Shown one piece after another: positions 24,681 to 33,425 of a DNA stretch of 42,135 nucleotides (the stretch's first letter is position 1; each line of letters starts with the position of its first letter). The translations under genes were made by a program, and so were the position numbers. This DNA is from a virus. The notes under the pieces were generated by a model, which saw nothing but the letters and a program-made list of their open reading frames with translations, had not been told where the DNA came from and made no database searches. The stretch is taken from IMG/VR virus record IMGVR_UViG_3300045988_041082; one strand, given 5' to 3'.

Positions 24681-26021
24681 ATGGCACTTGGTGGCGGTGT
24701 GTTTGTTACACAGAATAAAGTTCTTCCTGGTTCTTACATTAACTTTGTAAGTGCTTCTGCTGCTTCTGCAACCCTTTCTGATAGGGGTGTTGCTGCATTC
24801 CCCATTGTTCTTTCTTGGGGTGCAGATGGCAAGGTATTTACTGTTACTGCTGAAGAATTTCAGAAGGATTCTTTGAAAATTTTTGGCTATCCTTATACTG
24901 CTGATGAACTGGCTGGGCTTCGTGATTTGTTCCTGAATATCAAAGCTTGCCATTTCTACAAGCTGAACAGTGGTGGTGCAAAGGCTTCTTGTACTTTTGC
25001 AACTGCTAAACATCCTGGTGTTCGTGGTAATACTATCATGATTGCCATTTCTGCAAGTGAGGGAAGCACTGCTGAAAAACCTATTTGGGATGTTGTTACA
25101 TTCTTTGATGGTGTTCAGGTAGATGAACAGCTTGCAATTGAAAATGCTGCTGACCTTCAGGATAATGATTATGTGGTTTGGGTTGATACTGCAACCCTTG
25201 CTACTACTGCGGGAACTTATTGCAGTGGTGGCACTGATGGTAATACCCTTGATGCCAACTATCAAAGCTTTCTTGATGCAATTGAAAGCTATTCCTTCAA
25301 CACTGTTGGAACTATTTCTAAGGATGATACCATTAAACAGCTTTTCGCAACTTGGACTAAAAGAATGCGTGATGAAGTTGGTATTAAGTTCCAGTGTGTT
25401 CTTTACAAGTATGCTGATGCAGATTTTGAAGGTGTTATTTCTGTTGAAAACAAGCTGGTTGGTGAAGTTGATGCAGAGGAAGGCAACACTGAAACTGCAA
25501 GCCTTGTATATTGGGTAACTGGTGCTGAAGCTGGTTGTGAAGTGAATAAGAGTTTGACCAATGCAACCTATACTGGTGAATTTGATGTTGATGTTTCTTA
25601 TACACAGATGCAACTTGAAGCAGCTATTAAGGCTGGTAAGCTTATCTTCCATCAGGTAAATGATACTGTTAGAATCCTTGAAGATATTAACACCTTCATT
25701 TCCGTTACTGATGGCAAGAGTGCTGATTTTAGTTCCAATCAGACCATGCGAGTTCTTGACCAAATTGGAAATGATATTGCTTCCCTGTTCAATACTAAGT
25801 ATTTGGGCAAAGTTCCTAATGATAATGCTGGTAGAATTTCCTTGTGGAATGATATTGTGAAGCATCACCAAGAACTTGAAGCAATCAGAGCAATTGAGAA
25901 CTTCGAACCTGACAGATTGACTGTTGTAAAGGGTGATACCAAAAAGGCGGTTGTGGTTACAGACTATGTAACCCCTATTAATGCTATGGCACAGCTTTAT
26001 ATGACAGTTATTGTTGAGTAA
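24681..26021 (+). CDS. Contractile tail sheath protein (XkdK-like).
   Basis: MALGGGVFVTQNKVLPGSYINFVSA N-terminus typical of Firmicutes myophage sheaths; 446 aa. The antisense 530-aa ORF is spurious. Confidence 0.85.
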   Translation: MALGGGVFVTQNKVLPGSYINFVSASAASATLSDRGVAAFPIVLSWGADGKVFTVTAEEFQKDSLKIFGYPYTADELAGLRDLFLNIKACHFYKLNSGGAKASCTFATAKHPGVRGNTIMIAISASEGSTAEKPIWDVVTFFDGVQVDEQLAIENAADLQDNDYVVWVDTATLATTAGTYCSGGTDGNTLDANYQSFLDAIESYSFNTVGTISKDDTIKQLFATWTKRMRDEVGIKFQCVLYKYADADFEGVISVENKLVGEVDAEEGNTETASLVYWVTGAEAGCEVNKSLTNATYTGEFDVDVSYTQMQLEAAIKAGKLIFHQVNDTVRILEDINTFISVTDGKSADFSSNQTMRVLDQIGNDIASLFNTKYLGKVPNDNAGRISLWNDIVKHHQELEAIRAIENFEPDRLTVVKGDTKKAVVVTDYVTPINAMAQLYMTVIVE

Positions 26022-26040
26022 AGAAAGGGGGATTAAGTAA

Positions 26041-26511
26041 ATGAACAATGTTATGAATGCAAAAGATGCTGTTTCTGCTTCTTTGGCTGAATGCTTTGTA
26101 ACCATTGAAGGGAACAGATATTGTTTCATGCAAGCCATTAACCTTGAAGCTTCCTTTGAGAAAAACAAAAGTGAAGTTCCCATTCTTGGCAAGACTGGTA
26201 AGGGAAACAAAACTACTGGTTGGAAGGGAACTGGTTCTGCAACCTTCCATTACAACACTTCCATCTTCAGGGAATTGATGCTTCGCTATAAGAATACTGG
26301 TGAAGATGTTTACTTTGATATTCAGGTAACTAATGAGGATGCAACTTCTTCTGTTGGTAGGCAGACTGTTATTCTGAAGGATTGCAACATTGATGGCGGT
26401 ATTCTTACAAAGTTTGATGCAGATGCAGAATATCTTGATGAAGATATGGATTTCACCTTTGAGGATTTTGAAATTCCTGAAAAGTTCAGTATGCTTAATG
26501 GCATGATGTAA
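26041..26511 (+). CDS. Tail tube protein (XkdM-like).
   Basis: Position after the sheath gene; 156 aa; SD AAAGGGGGA. Confidence 0.75.
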   Translation: MNNVMNAKDAVSASLAECFVTIEGNRYCFMQAINLEASFEKNKSEVPILGKTGKGNKTTGWKGTGSATFHYNTSIFRELMLRYKNTGEDVYFDIQVTNEDATSSVGRQTVILKDCNIDGGILTKFDADAEYLDEDMDFTFEDFEIPEKFSMLNGMM

Positions 26512-26522
26512 GAAAAATATGT

Positions 26523-26555
26523 GGGGGATTCCTTTGATTGCTGAAGGAATCCCCC
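26523..26555 (+). other. Perfect 12-bp stem-loop GGGGGATTCCTT/AAGGAATCCCCC between the tube gene and xkdN. It may be a partial terminator or attenuator that sets the ratio of tube to chaperone and tape-measure expression.
   Basis: Inverted repeat 26523-26534 / 26544-26555 with a 9-nt loop, followed by TAACTTTT. Confidence 0.45.
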
Positions 26556-26580
26556 TAACTTTTGAAAGGATGGTTAAATT

Positions 26581-27009
26581 ATGGGAAATCTTTCTGCATT
26601 TCTTGCTGAAAATGCACTAAAAGTTGAAAACATTAAACATATTGTTTCCAAACGATTTGTTGATGAAGATAAGAAACCTATTGAATGGGAAATTGCTTGT
26701 ATTACATCCAGTGAGGATGAAAAGCTTAGAAAGGACTGCACTAAAAGAATTCCTGTTCCTGGGAAGCGTAATCAGTTTACTATGGAAACTGATTATAACC
26801 TTTACCTTGGTAAGCTTGCTGCAAAATGTACTGTATTCCCCAATTTGGATGATGCAGAACTTCAGAATTCTTATGGGGTTATGGGTGCTGATGCCTTGCT
26901 GAAGGTTATGCTTACCCCTGGTGAATATGCAGATTACCTTACTAAGATTCAGGAAGTAAACGGTTTTGATATTTCCTTTGATGAAAAGGTGGATGAAGTA
27001 AAAAACTAA
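26581..27009 (+). CDS. Tail assembly chaperone, XkdN-like (gpG analogue).
   Basis: LSAFLAENALKVENIKHIVSKRFVDEDKKPIEWEIACITSSEDEKLRKDCTK matches the Phage_XkdN family. Confidence 0.8.
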   Translation: MGNLSAFLAENALKVENIKHIVSKRFVDEDKKPIEWEIACITSSEDEKLRKDCTKRIPVPGKRNQFTMETDYNLYLGKLAAKCTVFPNLDDAELQNSYGVMGADALLKVMLTPGEYADYLTKIQEVNGFDISFDEKVDEVKN

Positions 27010-27011
27010 TT

Positions 27012-27194
27012 CGTGAAGGTGATACTGAAGCAACTGTTGCTTATTATTGCCTTCACAAGTTTAATATGCTTCCTTCACAGTTTCTTAATCTTCCAAGAAA
27101 TGAAAGGGCTTTTATCGTTGCTTCCATTCAATTAAAAGTTGAACACGATAAGGAAGAAGAAAAGAAGATAAAAGCTAAATCTAAGAAACGCTGA
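27012..27194 (+). CDS. The -1 frame extension of the chaperone (gpGT analogue). It is reached by a programmed -1 frameshift at the A_AAA_AAC heptamer 27000-27006.
   Basis: An open -1 frame of 61 codons follows the xkdN stop (REGDTEATVAYYCLHKFNMLPSQFLNLPRNERAFIVASIQLKVEHDKEEEKKIKAKSKKR); the slippery heptamer is canonical and lies 1 nt before the stop. Confidence 0.55.
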   Translation, partial: REGDTEATVAYYCLHKFNMLPSQFLNLPRNERAFIVASIQLKVEHDKEEEKKIKAKSKKR

Positions 27195-27211
27195 TGGGGG
27201 ATTATTGCAAA

Positions 27212-27248
27212 GGAATTTGTGATAATTCCCTATTTTTTTTTTATTTTT
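27212..27248 (+). other. Short hairpin (GGAATT-TGTGAT-AATTCC) followed by a T10/T5 tract, between the chaperone ORFs and the tape-measure gene. Possibly a weak terminator/attenuator.
   Basis: 6-bp inverted repeat plus TTTTTTTTTTATTTTT. Confidence 0.3.
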
Positions 27249-27270
27249 ACAGAAAGGAAGGTGAAAATGA

Positions 27271-29391
27271 TTGGCTACAATTAGAACTTCAATCCAGTTG
27301 TATGATGCTATGTCCCCCGCTTTGCGTTCTATGAATAAAGCCCTGAATGTAGTGCTGAACAGTTTTGAAGCTATGCAAAGTGCATCTTCCAGCCCTGTTG
27401 ATAGTTCAGAAATCAGGCAAGCAAGGGATGAACTTGCAAGGGTAGAAACCCAACTGGATTCTGTTGAACAGAACATTAGACAAGGCAATGAACGGCAAAG
27501 GCAGTTCAATGATTCCATTAGGAATGGTTCAAATGCTGCTTCTGATTTGAAATCTAAGTTCATGGGAATTGTTGGTGTAATTGGCGGTATGATGGGCTTG
27601 AAAAAAGTATTCGATTTATCGGATGAACTAACCCAAACAACCGCAAGATTGAACATGATGAATGATGGACTTCAAACCACTGAAGAATTGCAAAATATGA
27701 TTTTTGCTTCTGCACAGCGTTCAAGGGGTGCTTATCAGGCAACTGCTGATGCAGTTTCCAAAATGGGCATTATGGCGGGTGATGTGTTCAATAGCAATGC
27801 AGAACTGGTTGCCTTTGTGGAACAGCTTAATAAGCAGTTTACCATTGCGGGTACATCCCAAGAAGGTGTTTCTGCTGCTATGCTTCAGCTTACACAGGCT
27901 ATGGGTTCAGGTGTATTGAGGGGTGAAGAACTGAATTCAGTGTTTGAGCAAGCCCCTACAATCATTCAGGCGATTGCAGATTATTTGGATGTTCCTATTG
28001 GGCAGATTCGAGCAATGGCACAAGAAGGGCAGCTTTCAGCAGATGTTGTAAAGAATGCAATGCTTAGTGCTGCTGATGAAACAAATGCTAAGTTTGAATC
28101 TATGCCTAAGACTATTGGGCAAGTATGGCAATCCATCAAGAATCAAGCCCTTATGGAATTTCAGCCCATTCTTCAGAAAATCAATGAGATTGTGAACACA
28201 GACAAGTTCAATAATCTTGTTGATGGGGCAATTGGTGCAATTACAACCCTTGCTTCCCTTGCAACTGCTGCTTTTACAGCCCTTGCTTCTGTTGCGGGGT
28301 TTGTGTATGACAATTGGAGTTGGATTGAACCTATCATTTGGGCGGTTATAGCTGCTTTCATTGCTTACAATGCAGTTTCCTTGATAACAAATGGAATTCT
28401 TGCAGCACAAGCACTGGCACAAGGTGTTAAGGCTGCTGCTGATACCATGCAAGCGGGAACAACCTTTGCTGCTACTGTTGCCCAACATGGCTTAAATGCT
28501 GCTTTGCTTGCTTGTCCTTTAACCTGGATTATTCTTCTGATTATTGCGGTAATTGCAGCTATTATTGGTGTTTGTCAGTGGATTGCAAAAACAACTGGTG
28601 TTGCTAACAGCTTCTTTGGTGTTATCGTTGGTGGAATCAATGTAGCAATTCATGCGGTAAAGAATGCGGGTTTGTTTATTGCAAATGTTGCTTTGGGCAT
28701 TTGGGAAGCGTTGGGTGCTTGTGTTTCCAACATTGGAACTGCTTTTCATAATGTGATTGCAAACATTAAGGGTTGGTTCTTTGGTTTGCTTTCTACTGCT
28801 TTAACAGTGGTTGAAGGAATTTGTGCTGCATTGAACAAGCTTCCATTTGTGGAATTCGATTATTCAGGAATCAGTGCAAAGGCTGATGAATATGCTGCAA
28901 AATCTGCTGAAGCGTATGGAAGCACTGAAGAATACAAAAGTATTGGTGATGCTTTCAGTAAAGGCTTCAACACTTTTGATGCTTTTGAAAGTGGTTGGGC
29001 TTCTGATGCTTTCAATGCTGGTGCTGCTTGGGGTGATGGCATTACTGATAAAGTAAGCGGGTTATTTAGTGGTGGTGAAGGTTCTGATGGTACATTGGAT
29101 GCCTTTAATAACGCAACCACACTTGATGGAATTTATCAGAATACTGGTGATACTGCTGGTAGCACTGCTGCAATGGCAGATTCTATGGATGCAATGGAAG
29201 ATTCTGTTGAATACATGAAGGATATTGCAGAGCGTGAAACAATCAACAGATTTACCACTGCTGAAATCAGTGTGGAAATGAAGAACGAAAATCATATCAA
29301 TTCTGATATGGATATTGATGGAGTGGTTGAAGCACTTGGAAACAAGGTGTATGAAACCATGTTGATTTCTGCGGAAGGGGTGCATGAATAA
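27271..29391 (+). CDS. Tail tape measure protein (TP901-type core).
   Basis: 706 aa, coiled-coil N-terminus, hydrophobic glycine-rich central segments. TTG 27271 with SD AGGAAGGTGA; ATG 27267 gives only a 5-codon ORF. Confidence 0.85.
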   Translation: MATIRTSIQLYDAMSPALRSMNKALNVVLNSFEAMQSASSSPVDSSEIRQARDELARVETQLDSVEQNIRQGNERQRQFNDSIRNGSNAASDLKSKFMGIVGVIGGMMGLKKVFDLSDELTQTTARLNMMNDGLQTTEELQNMIFASAQRSRGAYQATADAVSKMGIMAGDVFNSNAELVAFVEQLNKQFTIAGTSQEGVSAAMLQLTQAMGSGVLRGEELNSVFEQAPTIIQAIADYLDVPIGQIRAMAQEGQLSADVVKNAMLSAADETNAKFESMPKTIGQVWQSIKNQALMEFQPILQKINEIVNTDKFNNLVDGAIGAITTLASLATAAFTALASVAGFVYDNWSWIEPIIWAVIAAFIAYNAVSLITNGILAAQALAQGVKAAADTMQAGTTFAATVAQHGLNAALLACPLTWIILLIIAVIAAIIGVCQWIAKTTGVANSFFGVIVGGINVAIHAVKNAGLFIANVALGIWEALGACVSNIGTAFHNVIANIKGWFFGLLSTALTVVEGICAALNKLPFVEFDYSGISAKADEYAAKSAEAYGSTEEYKSIGDAFSKGFNTFDAFESGWASDAFNAGAAWGDGITDKVSGLFSGGEGSDGTLDAFNNATTLDGIYQNTGDTAGSTAAMADSMDAMEDSVEYMKDIAERETINRFTTAEISVEMKNENHINSDMDIDGVVEALGNKVYETMLISAEGVHE

Positions 29392-30044
29392 TGGCATATA
29401 CATTTTATTTGGATGGTGTTAGGCTTCCTGTTACCCCTTCCAAGCTTGATACAAAAATCAAGAGCAATAACAAAACAATCAACCTTATCAATGAAGGTGA
29501 TGTGAATGTTCTGAAGCTTCCTGGGCTTACAGAATTAAGCTTTGAAGCATTGATTCCACAAGTGAAATATCCTTTTGCATCTACTACTTACAATGCTTCT
29601 TACTATCTTAGCAAGCTGGAAGGACTGAAATCTTCTAAAAAGCCCTTCCAGTTCATTGTTATCAGAACAAACCCTTCAGGAAGAATGCTTTTCAACACTA
29701 ACATCAAGGTTAGCTTGGAAGATTACACGATTTCTGAAGATGCTAAGAATGGGCTTGATTTGAAAGTTACCATTAAGCTGAAACAGTACAAAGCATATTC
29801 AACCAAAACTGTTAAGGTGGTTGTGAAGCAAGAAACCCCAAAAGCAACTGTTCAAACAGAAAGACCCGCTGAAACAGCCCCTAAGAAGAAAACTTACACT
29901 GTTAAAGCTGGTGATTGTCTTTGGAACATTGCAAAGAAATATCTTGGAAATGGTGCTAAGTACACTGAAATTTACAATCTGAACAAAGATAAGATTAAGA
30001 ACCCTAATTTAATTTATGTTGGGCAAGTTCTTACTTTGCCATAA
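29391..30044 (+). CDS. XkdP-like tail protein with a C-terminal LysM domain.
   Basis: YTVKAGDCLWNIAKKYLGNGAKYTEIYNLNKDKIKNPNLIYVGQVLTLP (LysM). Confidence 0.75.
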   Translation: MAYTFYLDGVRLPVTPSKLDTKIKSNNKTINLINEGDVNVLKLPGLTELSFEALIPQVKYPFASTTYNASYYLSKLEGLKSSKKPFQFIVIRTNPSGRMLFNTNIKVSLEDYTISEDAKNGLDLKVTIKLKQYKAYSTKTVKVVVKQETPKATVQTERPAETAPKKKTYTVKAGDCLWNIAKKYLGNGAKYTEIYNLNKDKIKNPNLIYVGQVLTLP

Positions 30045-30062
30045 CAGAAAGGGGGTTCTTCT

Positions 30063-31022
30063 ATGTCTTATGAACTTTTGATTCAACATGGAAGCAAAGT
30101 TTATCAACCCATTGTAACTGGTGAAATCCAATGGCAAACAGAAAGAAAAGGTGTTTCAGGAAGCTTATCTTTCAAAGTAGTGAAAGATGCAACCTTAAAC
30201 TTTACTGAAGGTGATGCTGTTAGATTGAAGGTTGATGGGCAAAAAGTTTTTTATGGCTTTGTGTTCCAAAAGAAAAGGGATAAGCAAGGCATTATTACTG
30301 TTACTGCTTATGACCAGTTGCGGTATTTGAAAAATAAAGATACTTATGCTTATTCCAACAAAACTGCTTCTGAAGTAGTTCAGATGGTTGCAAAGGATTT
30401 CAATTTGCAGTGTGGCACTTTGGAAGATACAAAATTTAAGATTGAATCTAAAATTGAGGATAACCAAGCGTTATTTGACATTATCCAAAATGCCTTGGAT
30501 TTGACCTTAACAAGTAAAAAAGAAATGTATGTTTTGTATGATGATTTTGGAAAGCTTACTCTGAAGAATATTGGGAATATGAAGGTTGGAATCCTGATTG
30601 ATGAAGATACTGGTGAAAACTTTGATTACACTTCCAGTATTGATGGGGAAACTTACAACAAAATCAAACTGGTTTATGAGAATGAAGAAACAGGCAAAAG
30701 AGAAATTTATATTGCCCAAGATGGTTCACACATCAATCAATGGGGTGTTCTTCAGTATTTTGAAACCATTGATGAAAAGACAAACGGAAAAGCCAAAGCG
30801 GATGCCTTACTTAGCCTTTACAATCAAAAAACCCGCAACCTTTCCATTAAGGGTGCTTTTGGTGATGTAAGAGTTAGGGCAGGAACGCTGGTAGCAGTTT
30901 CCTTGAACCTGGGTGATATTATTGCTAATTCCTTCTTACTTGTAGAAAAGGCAACGCATACTTTCAGTGAAAGCTTACACACAATGGATTTAACTTTAAG
31001 AGGGGGTGAATTTATTGCCTAA
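30063..31022 (+). CDS. XkdQ/YqbQ-like tail/baseplate hub protein.
   Basis: Position after the LysM protein and size of 319 aa, as in the PBSX-like tail module. Confidence 0.65.
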   Translation: MSYELLIQHGSKVYQPIVTGEIQWQTERKGVSGSLSFKVVKDATLNFTEGDAVRLKVDGQKVFYGFVFQKKRDKQGIITVTAYDQLRYLKNKDTYAYSNKTASEVVQMVAKDFNLQCGTLEDTKFKIESKIEDNQALFDIIQNALDLTLTSKKEMYVLYDDFGKLTLKNIGNMKVGILIDEDTGENFDYTSSIDGETYNKIKLVYENEETGKREIYIAQDGSHINQWGVLQYFETIDEKTNGKAKADALLSLYNQKTRNLSIKGAFGDVRVRAGTLVAVSLNLGDIIANSFLLVEKATHTFSESLHTMDLTLRGGEFIA

Positions 31023-31392
31023 TCTAAATGAAGTATTAAAACAATTAGCTTTAGAAACTTATGTTGCAACACAGCCTTCAGGCATTTATTTTGGAACAGT
31101 AATAAGTTCATCCCCCTTGAAGATTTCTGTTGACCAAAAATTAACCCTTACAGAAAAACATTTGATTCTTACTACACTGGTTCAAGATTTTTCTGTAAAT
31201 ATGACAGTAGACCACAAAACAGAAAATAAAAGCGGTGGAAGTGGTGATTCTTCCTTTGCGTCCCATAATCATGATTATAAAGGCACAAAATCCTTCAGGG
31301 TGCATCTTGCTTTGAAAGTTGGTGAAAAGGTTATGCTTATCAGGGTTCAAGGTGGGCAGAAATATATTGTGTTAGATAGAATTAGGGGGTGA
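31006..31392 (+). CDS. XkdR-like small baseplate protein.
   Basis: Position and size of 128 aa; GTG/TTG start. Confidence 0.5.
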   Translation: MNLLPNLNEVLKQLALETYVATQPSGIYFGTVISSSPLKISVDQKLTLTEKHLILTTLVQDFSVNMTVDHKTENKSGGSGDSSFASHNHDYKGTKSFRVHLALKVGEKVMLIRVQGGQKYIVLDRIRG

Positions 31393-31802
31393 TTAGTATG
31401 ATTCCAAATAACCCTGAAAATGAACTGATAAATGATTTTGAGTTTGAGGAAAGACCAACTAACACCTTCAAGCTAAACGATTCATATAATCAGTTATATG
31501 GGTTCACAGATGGGTTGGAAGCAATGAAGCAAGCGATTTACTTGATTCTAAACATTGAAAGGTATGAATACCTGATTTTCAGTTGGAACTATGGTATAGA
31601 ACTTGCTGATTTGTTTGGGCAGCCCATTTCTTATGTTATGGCTGAACTTGAAAGAAGAATCAGTGAAGCACTTCTTCAGGATAGCAGAATAACAAGCGTG
31701 GAAAACTTTGAATTCGATTATAAGAAGAACAAGGTTTTCTGTAAATTTACAGTGGTAACTATTTTTGGTGAAACTGAAATTGAAAAGGTGGTGAATGTGT
31801 AA
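31389..31802 (+). CDS. XkdS-like baseplate protein (DUF2634).
   Basis: Position and size of 137 aa; translationally coupled to its neighbours. Confidence 0.6.
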   Translation: MISMIPNNPENELINDFEFEERPTNTFKLNDSYNQLYGFTDGLEAMKQAIYLILNIERYEYLIFSWNYGIELADLFGQPISYVMAELERRISEALLQDSRITSVENFEFDYKKNKVFCKFTVVTIFGETEIEKVVNV

Positions 31803-32878
31803 TGTATGAAAATGTAACCTATGAAGTGATTCTTGATAGAATGCTTGATAGAGTGCTTGCACAAAATCCAAACATTGATACAAGAGAAGGAAGCATTATT
31901 TATAATGCCCTTGCCCCCGCTGCGGTTGAACTTCAGAATATGTATATTCAGCTTGATACAATCCTGAATGAATCTTTTGCAGATACCCAAACAAGGGATT
32001 ACCTGATTAAAAGGTGTGCTGAAAGGGGTGTAAATGTTGAACCCGCAACCTATGCAATCAGGCAAGGTGAATTTACCCCTTCCACAGTGGAAATTGGAAT
32101 TGGGGCAAGATTTTCTTTGAACCTTTTGAATTATGTTGTAGTTGAAAAAATCAGTGATGGTGTTTACAAGCTTCAGTGTGAAACTGCTGGTTATGATGGC
32201 AATGTGGAAAGCGGTACACTTATCCCCATTGAATACATTGAAGGCTTGCAAACTGCAACACTTACTGAAGTGCTTGTTCCTGGTGAAGATGAAGAAGATA
32301 CAGAGCATTTAAGGCAGCGTTATTTTGATTCACTGGATTCACAAGCCTTTTGTGGAAATATCAAGGACTACAAGGAAAAGACCAATTCCCTCGATGGTGT
32401 TGGTGGTGTGAAGGTTTACCCTGTTTGGAATGGTGGCGGTACAGTTAAACTTGTAATTATCAATTCTGATTTTGACAAGCCTTCTGATGTTCTTATCAAC
32501 AGTGTTCAAACTGCTATTGACCCAACAGGAAATCAGGGAACTGGTGTTGGTATTGCCCCCATTGGGCATATTGTAACAGTGGTTGGATGCGGTGAAACTT
32601 CAGTTGATGTAGCAACTAAGATTACATTCCAAGAAGGTTGGGATTGGGAAGCACTGAAACCTTATGCAGAACAGGCAATTGATGATTATTTCAAGGAACT
32701 TGCTTCTGATTGGGCTTCCCTGGATAACATCATTGTTAGAATCAGTCAAATTGAAATTCGTTTACTGAACCTTACTGGGGTTTTGGATATTGCAGATACA
32801 ACCCTGAATGGTATTGCACATAACCTTACCATTGATGCTGACAATATCCCAATAAGGGGGGAAGTAAGCAATGTATGA
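31802..32878 (+). CDS. Baseplate J-like protein (XkdT-like).
   Basis: 358 aa in the baseplate cluster; N-terminal conserved region typical of the Baseplate_J family. Confidence 0.75.
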   Translation: MYENVTYEVILDRMLDRVLAQNPNIDTREGSIIYNALAPAAVELQNMYIQLDTILNESFADTQTRDYLIKRCAERGVNVEPATYAIRQGEFTPSTVEIGIGARFSLNLLNYVVVEKISDGVYKLQCETAGYDGNVESGTLIPIEYIEGLQTATLTEVLVPGEDEEDTEHLRQRYFDSLDSQAFCGNIKDYKEKTNSLDGVGGVKVYPVWNGGGTVKLVIINSDFDKPSDVLINSVQTAIDPTGNQGTGVGIAPIGHIVTVVGCGETSVDVATKITFQEGWDWEALKPYAEQAIDDYFKELASDWASLDNIIVRISQIEIRLLNLTGVLDIADTTLNGIAHNLTIDADNIPIRGEVSNV

Positions 32879-33425
32879 AAGAACACTGATTGAATATCTC
32901 CCCCACATCATCAGGGATGTAAGAGAATACAAGGCAATTATGAATGATGCTGAACAGCCTGAAATGGTAGATGTTTGGCAAGCGGTTGATGATGCCTTGA
33001 ATGACCAATTCATTGTTGATGCAACTGAAAATGGTGTTTCCAGGTGGGAAAAAATCTTGGGGATTGTTCCACAAGCAACCCTTACTTTGGAAGAAAGAAA
33101 GTTTACCATTCTTACAAGAATCAATGAACAGCTTCCTTTCACTATAAGAACTTTGGAAGAATCCCTAAAATCTTTGTGTGGTGCTGAAGGGTATGTGGTT
33201 CAGCTTCAAGCAAATGAATATATCCTAATTGTAAAGGTTGCATTGGTAGCAAAGCACAATTTTGATGATGTTCAAAGACTGCTTGAAAGAATTGTTCCAG
33301 CTAACATGATTATTCAGCTTAGTATTATCTACAATACCCATGAAGTTCTTGGGGGCTATACCCATCAGGAACTTCACAGATATACACATTATGAATTAAG
33401 AAATGAGGTGCTAACACATGAGTAA
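32871..33425 (+). CDS. XkdU-like tail protein (DUF2313, tail protein I-like).
   Basis: LP..I.......AI...E.........VSRWEKILGI pattern. Confidence 0.65.
   Translation: MYERTLIEYLPHIIRDVREYKAIMNDAEQPEMVDVWQAVDDALNDQFIVDATENGVSRWEKILGIVPQATLTLEERKFTILTRINEQLPFTIRTLEESLKSLCGAEGYVVQLQANEYILIVKVALVAKHNFDDVQRLLERIVPANMIIQLSIIYNTHEVLGGYTHQELHRYTHYELRNEVLTHE

Noticed and set aside
24618-26210. 530-aa antisense ORF covering the sheath gene
   Set aside because: Antisense to the conserved tail sheath, with low-complexity composition and no translation signals. Spurious.
27267-27284. ATG 27267 as the tape-measure start, implying a frameshift
   Set aside because: That ATG is only 2 nt from the SD and terminates after 5 codons. 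TTG 27271 has ideal SD spacing and opens the full 706-aa frame, so no frameshift needs to be invoked.
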